From contig NC_068989.1 in the NCBI RefSeq assembly GCF_001194135.2, positions 19,951,279 through 19,999,519 on the forward strand: 48,241 bases of DNA, read 5' to 3'. This DNA comes from Octopus bimaculoides. Lineage: Eukaryota. The notes beneath the pieces are model-generated. The model was given only the letters and a program-made list of their open reading frames with translations, ran no database searches and had not been told where the DNA came from. Position numbers and translations under genes: made by a program. Positions 37,887-48,241 of the stretch are shown piece after piece. Every line of letters begins with the position of its first letter. The first letter of the stretch is position 1.

Positions 37887-37903
37887 TGTAAAAAGAGAAA
37901 TAC

Positions 37904-38024
37904 CTGAACACAATTCTTCAATTTTTGTGTAATTTAAATCCAAGCTTGAATTCACCCAAGCGAGTATATCATGCCTACTGAGGTCTCCTACAGTGGCATT
38001 TGTGCTGAAAACATTCACAGCCAT
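37904..38024 (-). CDS. MAPRE1: EB1/MAPRE first coding exon
   Basis: ATG at 38024; [40 protein letters not shown]+G; GTATTT donor. A tatttgcAG acceptor places the exon start at 38037 (13 nt of UTR), so an upstream non-coding exon must exist. Confidence 0.96.
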
Positions 38025-38129
38025 TATGATGGCACGCCTGCAAATAAAATAGACGGCATTAATTTTCTTTGATATGAAATCATTTTCAATACGAGTATAA
38101 AAACATATCATCCACTTACATTTCATTAA

Positions 38130-38342
38130 TACTGGTTTCAAATTTTGGCACAAAGTCAGCAATTAAAGGCGATGGGTTAGGTCAATTACATTGACCCCAG
38201 CGTTCAACTGGTATTTATTTTATCAACTTCAAAAGGACAAAAGGCAAAGTCAACAATGGCGGAATTTGAACAACATAAAGATGGATGAAATGCAGCTCAA
38301 ACATTTTGCCTGGCCTGCTAAGAGCTCTGCCAGCTGACTTCA
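38130..38342 (-). mobile_element. SINE family 3 copy, inverted relative to 35088-35300
   Basis: The reverse complement reads agctggcagagctcttagcaggccaggcaaaatg...gttcaaattccgcc...gactttgcctttt...taccagttgaacgctggggtcaatgtaattgac...gccaaaatttgaaaccagtatt. Confidence 0.75.
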
Positions 38343-39044
38343 GACCTGGCTTTATATTAAGGCATATGAAAAATTAAACACCATAAATTCCAAGTTGCTT
38401 TACACAAGTCAATGGAAGAACCTCTGTATTCACTGAAATTGCAAGAAGTAGCAGACAAATCTCCCTCAAATCACAACCTACCACCTTGGAAAAAAAAAAA
38501 AAAAATATTCATGTGGTCTTGGGTAGGCACCTAAGAAAAGGATGGAATGCTGTTGATCATGGAATGGCAATCAGGGCTAACCTACAGTTAAACAATAACA
38601 AAGATGGTGGCAGTAATCCTTGAGGAAAGTAAATAAAGACAATCAGACACCTCACCCTGTGAAATTTTGATAATTTAGGTTCTTTTTAAATATACAAAAT
38701 TTTGTTTTCATTTACCATGTTTTTCCAAGCTAGCAATGAGTTGGATGGAGGATGAAGCAACATTTTACAGCTGAATGCCCTTTCTGTCACCACTCATAAT
38801 CTGTTTTCCAAGTCGCAGGGATCAGTGGGCAAAGTCAAGAAATACAAAAGAATCATTCTGTTCAGATGGTGACAAGCATAACTGTGGAATGTCAACATTA
38901 GTGGATATGCACACCCATAACCACTACACTTTGTAAAGTAGCTGGTGCTAAGAGGGCACCCAATCGTAGATACCAAGCCAAAACAAAGAGACAGAAGCAA
39001 GATATGGTCCTTCAATCTGTTGGAACCCGATGAACTGTCTAACC

Positions 39045-39288
39045 CAGGGGTTTTCAAACTGTGGTCAGCGGACCACAGGGCGTCCGTGGACAGCAAATAC
39101 TTTTTATGGGCAATTTGATTTTATATGTTTTTTAATCGAAATCTTTTATTTGTTAAATACTATTAAATAAATAAATGTAAAAATATGTTATTTTAAGCAA
39201 ATATTTATGTATAAATTTCATAAGTGTTCATAAGGGTAAAGCCTGAAATATAAAGGGGTCCGCAAATCAAAAAGTTTGAAAACCCCTG
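39045..39288. mobile_element. hAT-superfamily MITE (244 bp)
   Basis: Perfect 16-bp TIR CAGGGGTTTTCAAACT / AGTTTGAAAACCCCTG and exact 8-bp TSD GTCTAACC at 39037-39044 and 39289-39296. Confidence 0.93.
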
Positions 39289-39864
39289 GTCTAACCCATG
39301 CCAGCACGAGAAGCAGAGACAACATGGTGATAAACAATAGTTTCTGTGCCATTCTTCTCAGAAGGCATTGGTTAAACTGGCACTACACTAGAAGATAATT
39401 ACCTGTCCGAGGCACTGCACAAAGTGGTTGAAACACAAACCACATGGTTGCAAAGCAAATTTAACATCACAGCCATCCCTGTGTTACAATGTTTTATATG
39501 GGTATTCTTTTTTTTATAGATATTACAAATAACTACATTATAACTGCGTGTTTAAAAGATTTCTAAAAAAAATAATACTTTTAAATCCATTGGGAATGCC
39601 ACCATCTGTGCTGAAACCATAACTGGTATTATCATCATATGCAATCTTGACCTGCTTTGAGTGAGTAATGTGCGAGCAACCTGTGCATGCATGTGTCTAT
39701 ATATACATATATATATATATACACGCATACATATATATTGTACTTATGTATAGTTGTAACCTTCAAAGCGCAAGCATATACTGTATGTGTGTGGGTAGAA
39801 GCAACTAAGAGGAAAATGCTGATTAAGATGTATTCTTTTCATTAGGCACTGAATACACCACCCC

Positions 39865-39895
<31 letters not shown>

Positions 39896-40302
39896 GATAG
39901 ATAGATAGATGTGTGTGTGTGTGTTGTTGCAGACAGAACTATCTTGCTGAGAAGCCTGCTTCCCAACCATGTGGATTGGGGTTCAATCTGACTGCAAGTT
40001 ACTTCGAGCAAGTGTCTTCTACTACATTTCCAAGCTGACCAAAACCTTGTGAGTGGATTTGGTAGATGGAAACTGATAGAAACCCATTGTATATTTCTGT
40101 GTGTCTACTTTCTTGACAATACACAAGAGTTGTAAATGAGTGACACTATCATATAATTTTCCCAATTTTCAATCTTCAGTGAAATCTTGCTTGGAAACAG
40201 GAAAGGCATCCGACTAAAAATTTTGCCTCCACAAATTTTGTCTTGTTCATGCAAACATGAAAAAGCAGATGTTAAAACTAAGACCACGTGTGTGTGTATG
40301 TA

Positions 40303-41182
40303 TCAGTTTGGTAAGAAAGTTCTAGAACACTTTTAACATATCACTTTATTAACAATTAAAACAACAAAGAACAATCAATCCAAAAGGTAATCATCATTAT
40401 CAATCACCTTTTGCCATCCTTCAGGCAAAGTTTTGAATCCTTTCATCAAGAAATTGCGTGGCTTTGAATCAAAGTCGTAAAGGAACGATTTCACATCTTC
40501 GTTTTCGAACTCTGTATTGCCAATCACACGTTGTAGGGCAGAGAATAAGTGGTAGTCAGAAGGGGCAAGGTCAGGAGAATACAGTGGGTGCACCATAATC
40601 TCCCAGCCCACATCCTTCAGCTTCTATGACATCTTCTTTGCACGATGTGCTGGCATGTTGCCTAGGTGGTAAATTATCTTCTTCAAATTTGAGTGTTTTT
40701 TGGCCAGCACGATCTTTAGACAGTTAATTTGTTTGCAGTAGACATCCTTGTCAACAGTGGTATTGCATGGGAGAAGATCCAACATGATCACAGCACACCA
40801 ACCCCACCAAACTGAGATCATAACCTCCTTTTGCACAGGCAGTCCCTTTGGTGAAGGCTTTGGCTGTTGACTTTTGCTACAATAGGATCGCCTGTGCCTC
40901 ATGGAGTACAGTACCCACTTTTCACCCATAGTGATTACTGACTCCAACCAACCGAATCTATGGCTTCGCTAGAGCAGATTTTGACAAGCAGTTACACGTG
41001 CTTGTTTGTTCACTTCAGTCAATTCATGTGGTATCCATTTTCCAAGCTTGCTGACCTTGCTGAGACGATGCAGGTGGTTCATGATCGTGACATGGGAGAT
41101 GCCAAACTGTACCGCAAGTTGATATGCAGTTTGCATTGGATTGGCTTCAACGACTTGTCCAAGAACTTTCTTACCAATGCAA
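40303..41182 (-). mobile_element. Second mariner element, 5'-deleted transposase pseudogene
   Basis: Minus strand gives KWIPHEL, VITMGEKW, VMISVWWG and YSPDLAPSDYHLF with stops. Imperfect TIRs share the core TGGTAAGAAAGTTCT, with TA at 40301-40302 and 41183-41184. Confidence 0.88.
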
Positions 41183-42810
41183 TATTATATCTATGCTTAA
41201 CAAGGAACATCCCGCTATAGAAAACATATACACACACAGACTGTATATGTACAGTGTGTAACCTTGAATATATATATCTTTTATATAGAAAAATATTGAC
41301 AAGTAGTAAGAAATAAAAGGAGCTATCCAGCCAAAAATTTAACACAACACCCACTGATATCAACCCCTATTACTTTAACCAGGTATCAAATACCTATTAT
41401 TTAGGCAATGACCTTTAATAGTAAAATTTTATTACATTCAATACATTTGATTAAGATTAATATATCTCATATCTGACTTCAAATTTGTCTGCCAATGAGT
41501 GACTCTCTCTGTATCCCCTACTTTCTGTTTCTTGTGGTGCTTGAATTAAAGCAGGGGAATGATGTAATTGTTATTAGAGCCTATATAAGTTTTGACATAG
41601 CTAGAGAGAAAGTGATAAGGGAAAGGGGGATGGCTCCTTGGTCACATCAATACATAAACTTCGTTAAAAGATTATATAAATGATATGACACTAAACTTTT
41701 TGATAGGGGAAAAAAAAAAAAAAAAAAAATCCAACCTACATTGTGTATTTGCTAAAAAAAAAATCTAACTGACACTATATTGTCAAAAAAAAAAAAGTAA
41801 CTAGTCTCCATCATTACTGGGGATGGTTGGGTGGGGGGAAGAATTTCACACAAGTGGACAAAAATGTAACTTTAAACATCTACACAATCAGTTGCAGGTG
41901 TTTCATATCTCCAGTACCAAATAGTAAATTAGCAGGATTGTAAGAGCACTGGATAGAATGCACCAACATATTTGTTCTGACACTTGGCATTCTGAGTTCA
42001 AAATCTGCCAAAGTCGACTTTGCCTTTTATCTTTAAGTGTGGATAAAAAAGTACCAATCCTGCAGGATGAACTGACAGAACAATAACAATGCCAGATCGA
42101 ATACCTTGTGGTATTTTCTCTGACCCTTTGGGTTCCAAGTTCAAACCTGCTGCTGCCTACAAGGGTAGTAGACAATCTGCTGTTTGATTCAACGCTGACA
42201 TCCTGGGTGCCTTTAGTGGAATCCATTTCTACAAACAATCAGGCCGGGTCTCTTATCTGAGAAGATGTTCCTCCTTACACCCATGAGCCACAGATGTCCT
42301 ATGAAGGATCATGGCCATTGTACCCCCTTGCTCACTAAAAAATAACTGCATTTATTTTGATGTGTGCGTGTGCCTGATTGGGAGAAGAAATATTAAGAAA
42401 TAGGAGTTGTAGAGAAGTTAAAACTAATACAACAGGCCAAGTGCATGAATAAATGGCTCACAAGCCCATAGATTAACAATTTGGAAAATTACACCTGTTA
42501 GTGGTAAATTACTTGATCTATTTAAGAACATACTTATTGATTAAACAAAATCAATAACACAGTTGGGTTATTTTTACCTCATATTAACTATGTAAGTAGT
42601 TACCAACAGAAAAATTCTAATCCAAACAAGAAAGTACAAATATTTGATATATTTAAAGTTACCAGCTATTTCTATAGTTATTGTAAGAATATTTTCTATT
42701 ATTTAACAAAATAGTATGATAAAAACGAAAAATTCTGACTCCACTCTGAATTTTTTTCAGTATCTCTCTGCTCCTGTCTAAACTCTGAGCATGAGATCTT
42801 AATATTTCTA

Positions 42811-42937
42811 CAGGGTGTCCACAAAGTCTGGGTACAGGGAGTAAATAAAATCGTAGCATAAACAATTAAATATAAGAAGAAATAATTTCTTAAAGTATGT
42901 GTTAATCCCCATGTACCCAAACTTTGTGGACACCCTG
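42811..42937. mobile_element. 127-bp Tc1/mariner-type MITE, copy 2
   Basis: Same length and TIRs as 31024-31150, TA-flanked, about seven differences counted by eye. Confidence 0.92.
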
Positions 42938-43915
42938 TACAATAGGTACAAGCCTTGAAAGTTTGGGGAAGGGGCTAGTCGATTAGACCGACCTCAGCAT
43001 TCAACTCATACTTTATCAACCTCAGCAGATATTAAAATCAGAATGTAAAGCCAGGAGAAATGCCAATAAGCATGTTGTCCAGCGTGCTAACGATTCTGTC
43101 AGCTTGTCAGTTAACAAGATCTTAATGTTAAAAAGGATAGATACAATTTGATGCAGAAAATAATCTTTACAATAACGAGCTCAGACATGATATTTAAAAA
43201 AATTCTTTTCACACAAAACAAGGATGGGATGATGGTATGATGTCTATTTTATATTTATTGACGCTATGTTTATAACTGTCACATAGGAAGGAGCAAAATA
43301 AAATAGCCAAAACAGAATTAACATTACCAAACAACATTGATTAACAAAGCAGTTAATCTGAAAGCTTGACCATTGAATTACAAATAATTTAAATCAGTAG
43401 TAAACTTTGTAAACGTAAAAACAAACCCCAAATAAAACTCAAATTGCACTTTAAAAAAAATTAAAGTATCACTATTGTAAGAAAGTTCACAGTACAAACT
43501 CTACATAGCCGAAGATTAATTCAATGTTTACAATGTTGAACTTGATAGTATTGCTATTAGGCTGTTTAGGATTAAGCAACTAAATTTTAAGCACAATTTC
43601 GCTACTGCTTTTCTTTCAACATAATTTTTTTTTAATAGAGCATTAAGAGGCTGAATATTTCAATTACTAAAACCCGCTGAAAGCTAAAATCAAAAGCGAA
43701 TCCTCTCTACTCGTCTGACAGCATCAGTCTTTTGTCACACCTTTTACACAAGCTACTGTCTGTTTTCACACACACGACTGTTTTTACGATTTTAAGTTAG
43801 AAAAAAACTCGTAGCTATCGGAATTTAAAATGGTCTCTCAAAAGCATTTTTATTTACCCTCATCCTAAAGACAAATCAGTAAGCATGTCTCTTTCCAGAG
43901 GCAAGATATAAGCCA

Positions 43916-43919
<4 letters not shown>

Positions 43920-43955
<36 letters not shown>

Positions 43956-44022
43956 NNNNNNNNNNNNNNNNNNNNNNNNNNNNNNNNNNNNNNNNNNNNN
44001 NNNNNNNNNNNNNNNNNNNNNN

Positions 44023-44070
<48 letters not shown>
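43920..44070. repeat. (AG)n microsatellite spanning an N gap
   Basis: Directly visible. Other (AG)n runs lie at about 11361-11385, 12209-12235 and 46863-46883. Confidence 0.95.
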
Positions 44071-44074
<4 letters not shown>

Positions 44075-44460
44075 AGAATAGTTATGCATGTGGAAAAAAA
44101 ACACAGAGAAAAGGATGTCCCACTTAAAAAAATTAGAACAAATTTCAGTGTCCTAAACATCCGTACAGACAATATATTTTTTCTTTATCCAAAAGCCCTG
44201 TCTCTCGAGAACTTAGGAATTATTTCAACATTGATCTGGTTTGAATTTCAACAAACATTCAAACATGTTTTCAAGAAAGTTCCAAAGCACATTTTAAATA
44301 CCATACTTGCCTCTCTCTCTCTACACACAGGAATTTTAATACGAGTAGATGGAACAAACGGGCTTTATTCCAAATCACTACAATTGTTTCGGCGCAGTGT
44401 CAGCTAGTAATTGCTGAATTACATAATTGCATTAATATGTTCCCAACAATAGCTGTGTAC

Positions 44461-44620
44461 CTGCGCGTCTTCAGATGAGTAGGGTCCAGAGCACTGCTAG
44501 GTATCTTTAATGTCAATTTGGTAGCTGCACATGTATATCCCAGTGAAAGAAGTTCTCTATGACAGCATTTGGTAGCCGATACTCGTTGACGATTTTCGGA
44601 AAGCACGCAATCAGGTCATT
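44461..44620 (-). promoter_or_regulatory. Candidate non-coding first exon / promoter-proximal region of the MAPRE gene
   Basis: Non-repeat, CpG-containing stretch ending in GCGCAG|GTACAC (possible donor at 44460). An upstream exon is required by the acceptor at 38037, but its location here is a guess. Confidence 0.3.
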
Positions 44621-46647
44621 ACCCAGATTACATATATATATAGTGCGTGAGATGCGATACAGTTTCTATTCCTTCATCGACCTCGAAAACATGACATACC
44701 GTGGTCAACTATCCCTTTCCTTTCGGGGTCAATAAAATAAGTACCAAGTACTGGAATCAACGTAATCGACTAATGCACTCCCTCTAAAACTTGGCATCGT
44801 ACCAAAATTAGAAAGAATTATTACTATTATTCCAGATTCTGTCAGATATATATATGTTTATTGTACATAAAACACTATGGTACAGCAAGAACAGCAGAAA
44901 CCATATTTTTTTTATCAGTTGATCTAATCACCACGAGAATGTTGATATAAGATAAAAAACACAAAAAACACCCCAAAAACCAAATGAGATCATAGCGGTA
45001 ATTTGTCAAATGCTGGATGCATTTTGATTACGACGAAAAATTGAATGACACATATAGAGGAAAAAAAAAAAAAAAAAAAAAAAAANNNNNNNNNNNNNNN
45101 NNNNNNNNNNNNNNNNNNNNNNNNNNNNNNNNNNNNNNNNNNNNNNNNNNNNNNNNNNNNNNNNNNNNNNNNNNNNNNNNNNNNNNNNNNNNNNNNNNNN
45201 NNNNNNNNNNNNNNNNNNNNNNNNNNNNNNNNNNNNNNNNNNNNNNNNNNNNNNNNNNNNNNNNNNNNNNNNNNNNNNNNNNNNNNNNNNNNNNNNNNNN
45301 NNNNNNNNNNNNNNNNNNNNNNNNNNNNNNNNNNNNNNNNNNNNNNNNNNNNNNNNNNNNNNNNNNNNNNNNNNNNNNNNNNNNNNNNNNNNNNNNNNNN
45401 NNNNNNNNNNNNNNNNNNNNNNNNNNNNNNNNNNNNNNNNNAAAAAAAAAAAAAAAAAAAAAAAAAAGTATTTAAAAATGCATCTCTCAAATTTTGAGCA
45501 AAGGAATTTCGTCTTAATAATATTAGAATAAAATCGATGCGATGTAAAAGAGCTAAAGAAGCGGAAGAGAGTATTCGGATGAGAGGTAGCAGCAAAGCAA
45601 CTGACATAAGATATGAAAGAAATACGTTCTTAACACATTTCTTTCTATAAAACGATAGACATTATATAAATACACCTATACATACGCACTACATATACAT
45701 GTCTGCACAATCTATACATGCAAACATACATACCGCAAACTATAACTATATATATATATATAGATGTGCGCGCGCTTACACTACGCATATACTTGTATAC
45801 GCATTATATACACCTGTGTGACTATAAAGTACTTAACTGGTTATTGACAGAACTGAATACTAGTGTCATTTTAGCTGATAGCAATACAGATTTAATTAAC
45901 GTAGAGAGAGCATTCGAGTAATCATTCATATATATATATATATATATATATACATACACACACACGAATGTAGGTTTTCAATTTAAACCGCGTAGAGCAG
46001 GATTTAGTTAACTTTAATTCTTTATGTATAAAACTGGTACTTCGACACGAGACAGATTTGAATTCAGAATTGAGTGATATCCGTTAACGTTATAAGTTCG
46101 GTATTTTAACCTTTTAAGGCATCACAAATATTAATACTGATTTTACAAGTAACGACTCAAAACTGACCAAGGCGGCGAACCTGTTTCGATCCGCATTGAA
46201 GCCGTTAACGATCTTTTAAAAGCACGTTAGCCACAACACACATTCTTTCTTGCAGAGCATTTAAAACTTTGTCAATTAAAAATCCGCTTAAATTTCACAA
46301 AAAAACATGATGGTCATCCATCCAAGCAGTTTTACTGAAAACCGTTCTGAATATTTTTTAAAATAGCTAAGCCTTAATCTCACTCTCTCATGTTGAAATC
46401 TCGCCCGAGTCAACTATGTCTTTCACCATCCCTGAGATGTTTAAGGAATTAGTACAAGCAATATACCGGCATTGATTCAAAACGATCGTAATACATTTTC
46501 AAGAATGTCTCGCAATGTCGTCTCGTCAAAAAATATATCAGTAAAAACAAATTTATATATATCTACATTCATGTCGATATAATACAATTTCGTATATTCT
46601 GGCAGGGCAGAAAACTTATGTAAGTACACACTACACAGATACATAAC

Positions 46648-46708
46648 TAAAGGGCATTACTACAGAATAATGCCACATACCAGACTTATTTCGTAGTAAT
46701 GCCCTTTA
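46648..46708. other. 61-nt inverted repeat (23-nt arms, 15-nt loop)
   Basis: TAAAGGGCATTACTACAGAATAA - TGCCACATACCAGAC - TTATTTCGTAGTAATGCCCTTTA. As + strand RNA, 22 of 23 positions pair (one G-U, one A-C mismatch). Confidence 0.9.
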
Positions 46709-46835
46709 TATATATATATATATATATAAATAAACGAATAAGTATATTCTTGGGAATAGAAATTTCCCTTACGAATTTCTTTTACACACTAGCTTCCTGA
46801 TAAAATTCTCGTAAAAGATTTTTATCCTATCTTGA

Positions 46836-46883
<48 letters not shown>

Positions 46884-48241
46884 GGAGGGAGAGAACGAGA
46901 GGGGATACACATACATATAATGTACGTCATTATATCGCAATACATCTGGAATATTCGATGAAACTATTACAACTGAATAAAAAGCTGATAGACATATAAT
47001 ACTGCGCAATCTTCAACTGAAAGCTCTTTAAATCGAAGCAAACCACTTGTTTCTTGTTCAAACGATAGACAAAAAAAAAATCGTTAGAATCTGAAATATT
47101 TTTTTTGAATTGAGATAAGCTTACAAACTATCAACATTAAAAAAAATGGATTAATTCATATTGATATTAAATTTCCAGTTAATTAACAATAATTGTTGAT
47201 CGTTATAATCTATTGGATTTTTTTTTTTTTGAGTCAAACGTAAATTAACAAGAGAATATGAGAGAACCGTTTCTAAGAACAGTTATCCTGTCACATTGTA
47301 ATGACGTCTTGACAGCATCCACTGTAATTCCTGAAACGGAGAAAATCACCCCGAGACTGACGATTTACATACAAAAGTACAATTGATAACAGATAATTCT
47401 CATAATCTATCTGTCATTAATGTTATCTAATTAATCATATCTGGAGGGGGGGGGAGAAATTATTTACATAGAGAAAGGAACAAATATAAATGTTTTTATA
47501 TAAGACTTCTTTAATGAATATAGATTATTAAACGAAGAGAAAACATAAAAGGCGACTGAGGTGGATTTGTATAGAATTGGAGGGAATAAAGGGCGAAAGT
47601 CTTACCTAAATGGTGGGAAGATAGTTTCTAGTAACGTCTCTGTCTGACTGTTGAACAGATTCGAATGCTATCAGTCACGTGTTATACTGCTGAATGACTG
47701 TAGTGGTGGTAGTGGGAGTTGATGTTTGTGATGATGACGATGTCGGTGGAGAAAGGAATTTTTATCGTCATTCTCGAATAATGTCGGAACATATATAATT
47801 ATACATCATAAATATATTATTTCGCACTTTCGAAAAATCGAATTATTTAATTTTATGATTAAGAATAAAAAAAATTTAAAGCAAAATTCAAATTTATGTT
47901 TTAGATTTTGGCTATTCATTCCGGAAGAAAGTGCAGGAGATGGGGAGAGAAAAAGATGATGCTTTTGTTTTATTATAAATGAAAGGAAAAAGTCAAAATT
48001 TTGCTCTCTTGTCTTTTAACTTTTTTTTTTCAAAGAATTCAGTCATTTAATTTCCTGATTAAAAGTAAAAAATTATGAGAAAGTATTTATTTTTTTTTTG
48101 TCCTGGAGACGAACTAGATGCTGCTTTTTTTGAAAGGAAAAATATTTAAAAAAAAAAAAAAATCACAAAATTCTGCATGTTGTCTTTAATTTTTATTTTT
48201 TAGTTTGCTGTTTTGTCCAAGTCCTTCAAATTTGTAGAATT

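Noticed and set aside
45500-48241. A third protein-coding gene at the right end
   Set aside because: I found no ORF with recognisable homology and no consistent exon chain. At most this is promoter, UTR or first-intron sequence.

Overview
AT-rich animal genomic DNA with five N gaps (about 1877-2416, 4140-4543, 25697-26543, 43956-44022, 45086-45441). The repeat families and genome style suggest a mollusc, probably an octopus; this is an inference, not a database match. Two spliced housekeeping genes converge tail-to-tail. On the + strand are the last three coding exons of a PP2C-gamma phosphatase (PPM1G; 2448-4081). On the - strand is a complete seven-coding-exon EB1/MAPRE gene (ATG 38024, stop 12865). 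Its exons of 121+39+107+229+95+147+69 nt sum to 807 nt (268 aa), all splice sites are GT-AG, and the protein ends in the EEY motif. The rest is intron, UTR and intergenic DNA carrying two piggyBac elements, a TTAA-flanked MITE family (4 copies), two decayed mariner elements, a 127-bp TA-flanked MITE (2 copies), a hAT MITE, three SINE families, RTE-type LINE fragments and microsatellites. Almost all other ORFs in the supplied track are artefacts of gaps, repeats or low-complexity DNA. I found no CRISPR array, operon-like system or demonstrably new gene system. The best leads are a pre-miRNA-sized hairpin near the 5' end of EB1, possible alternative EB1 C-termini (one hydrophobic), MITEs sitting next to splice donors, and a possibly ancient PPM1G-MAPRE linkage. 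All need data beyond this sequence.
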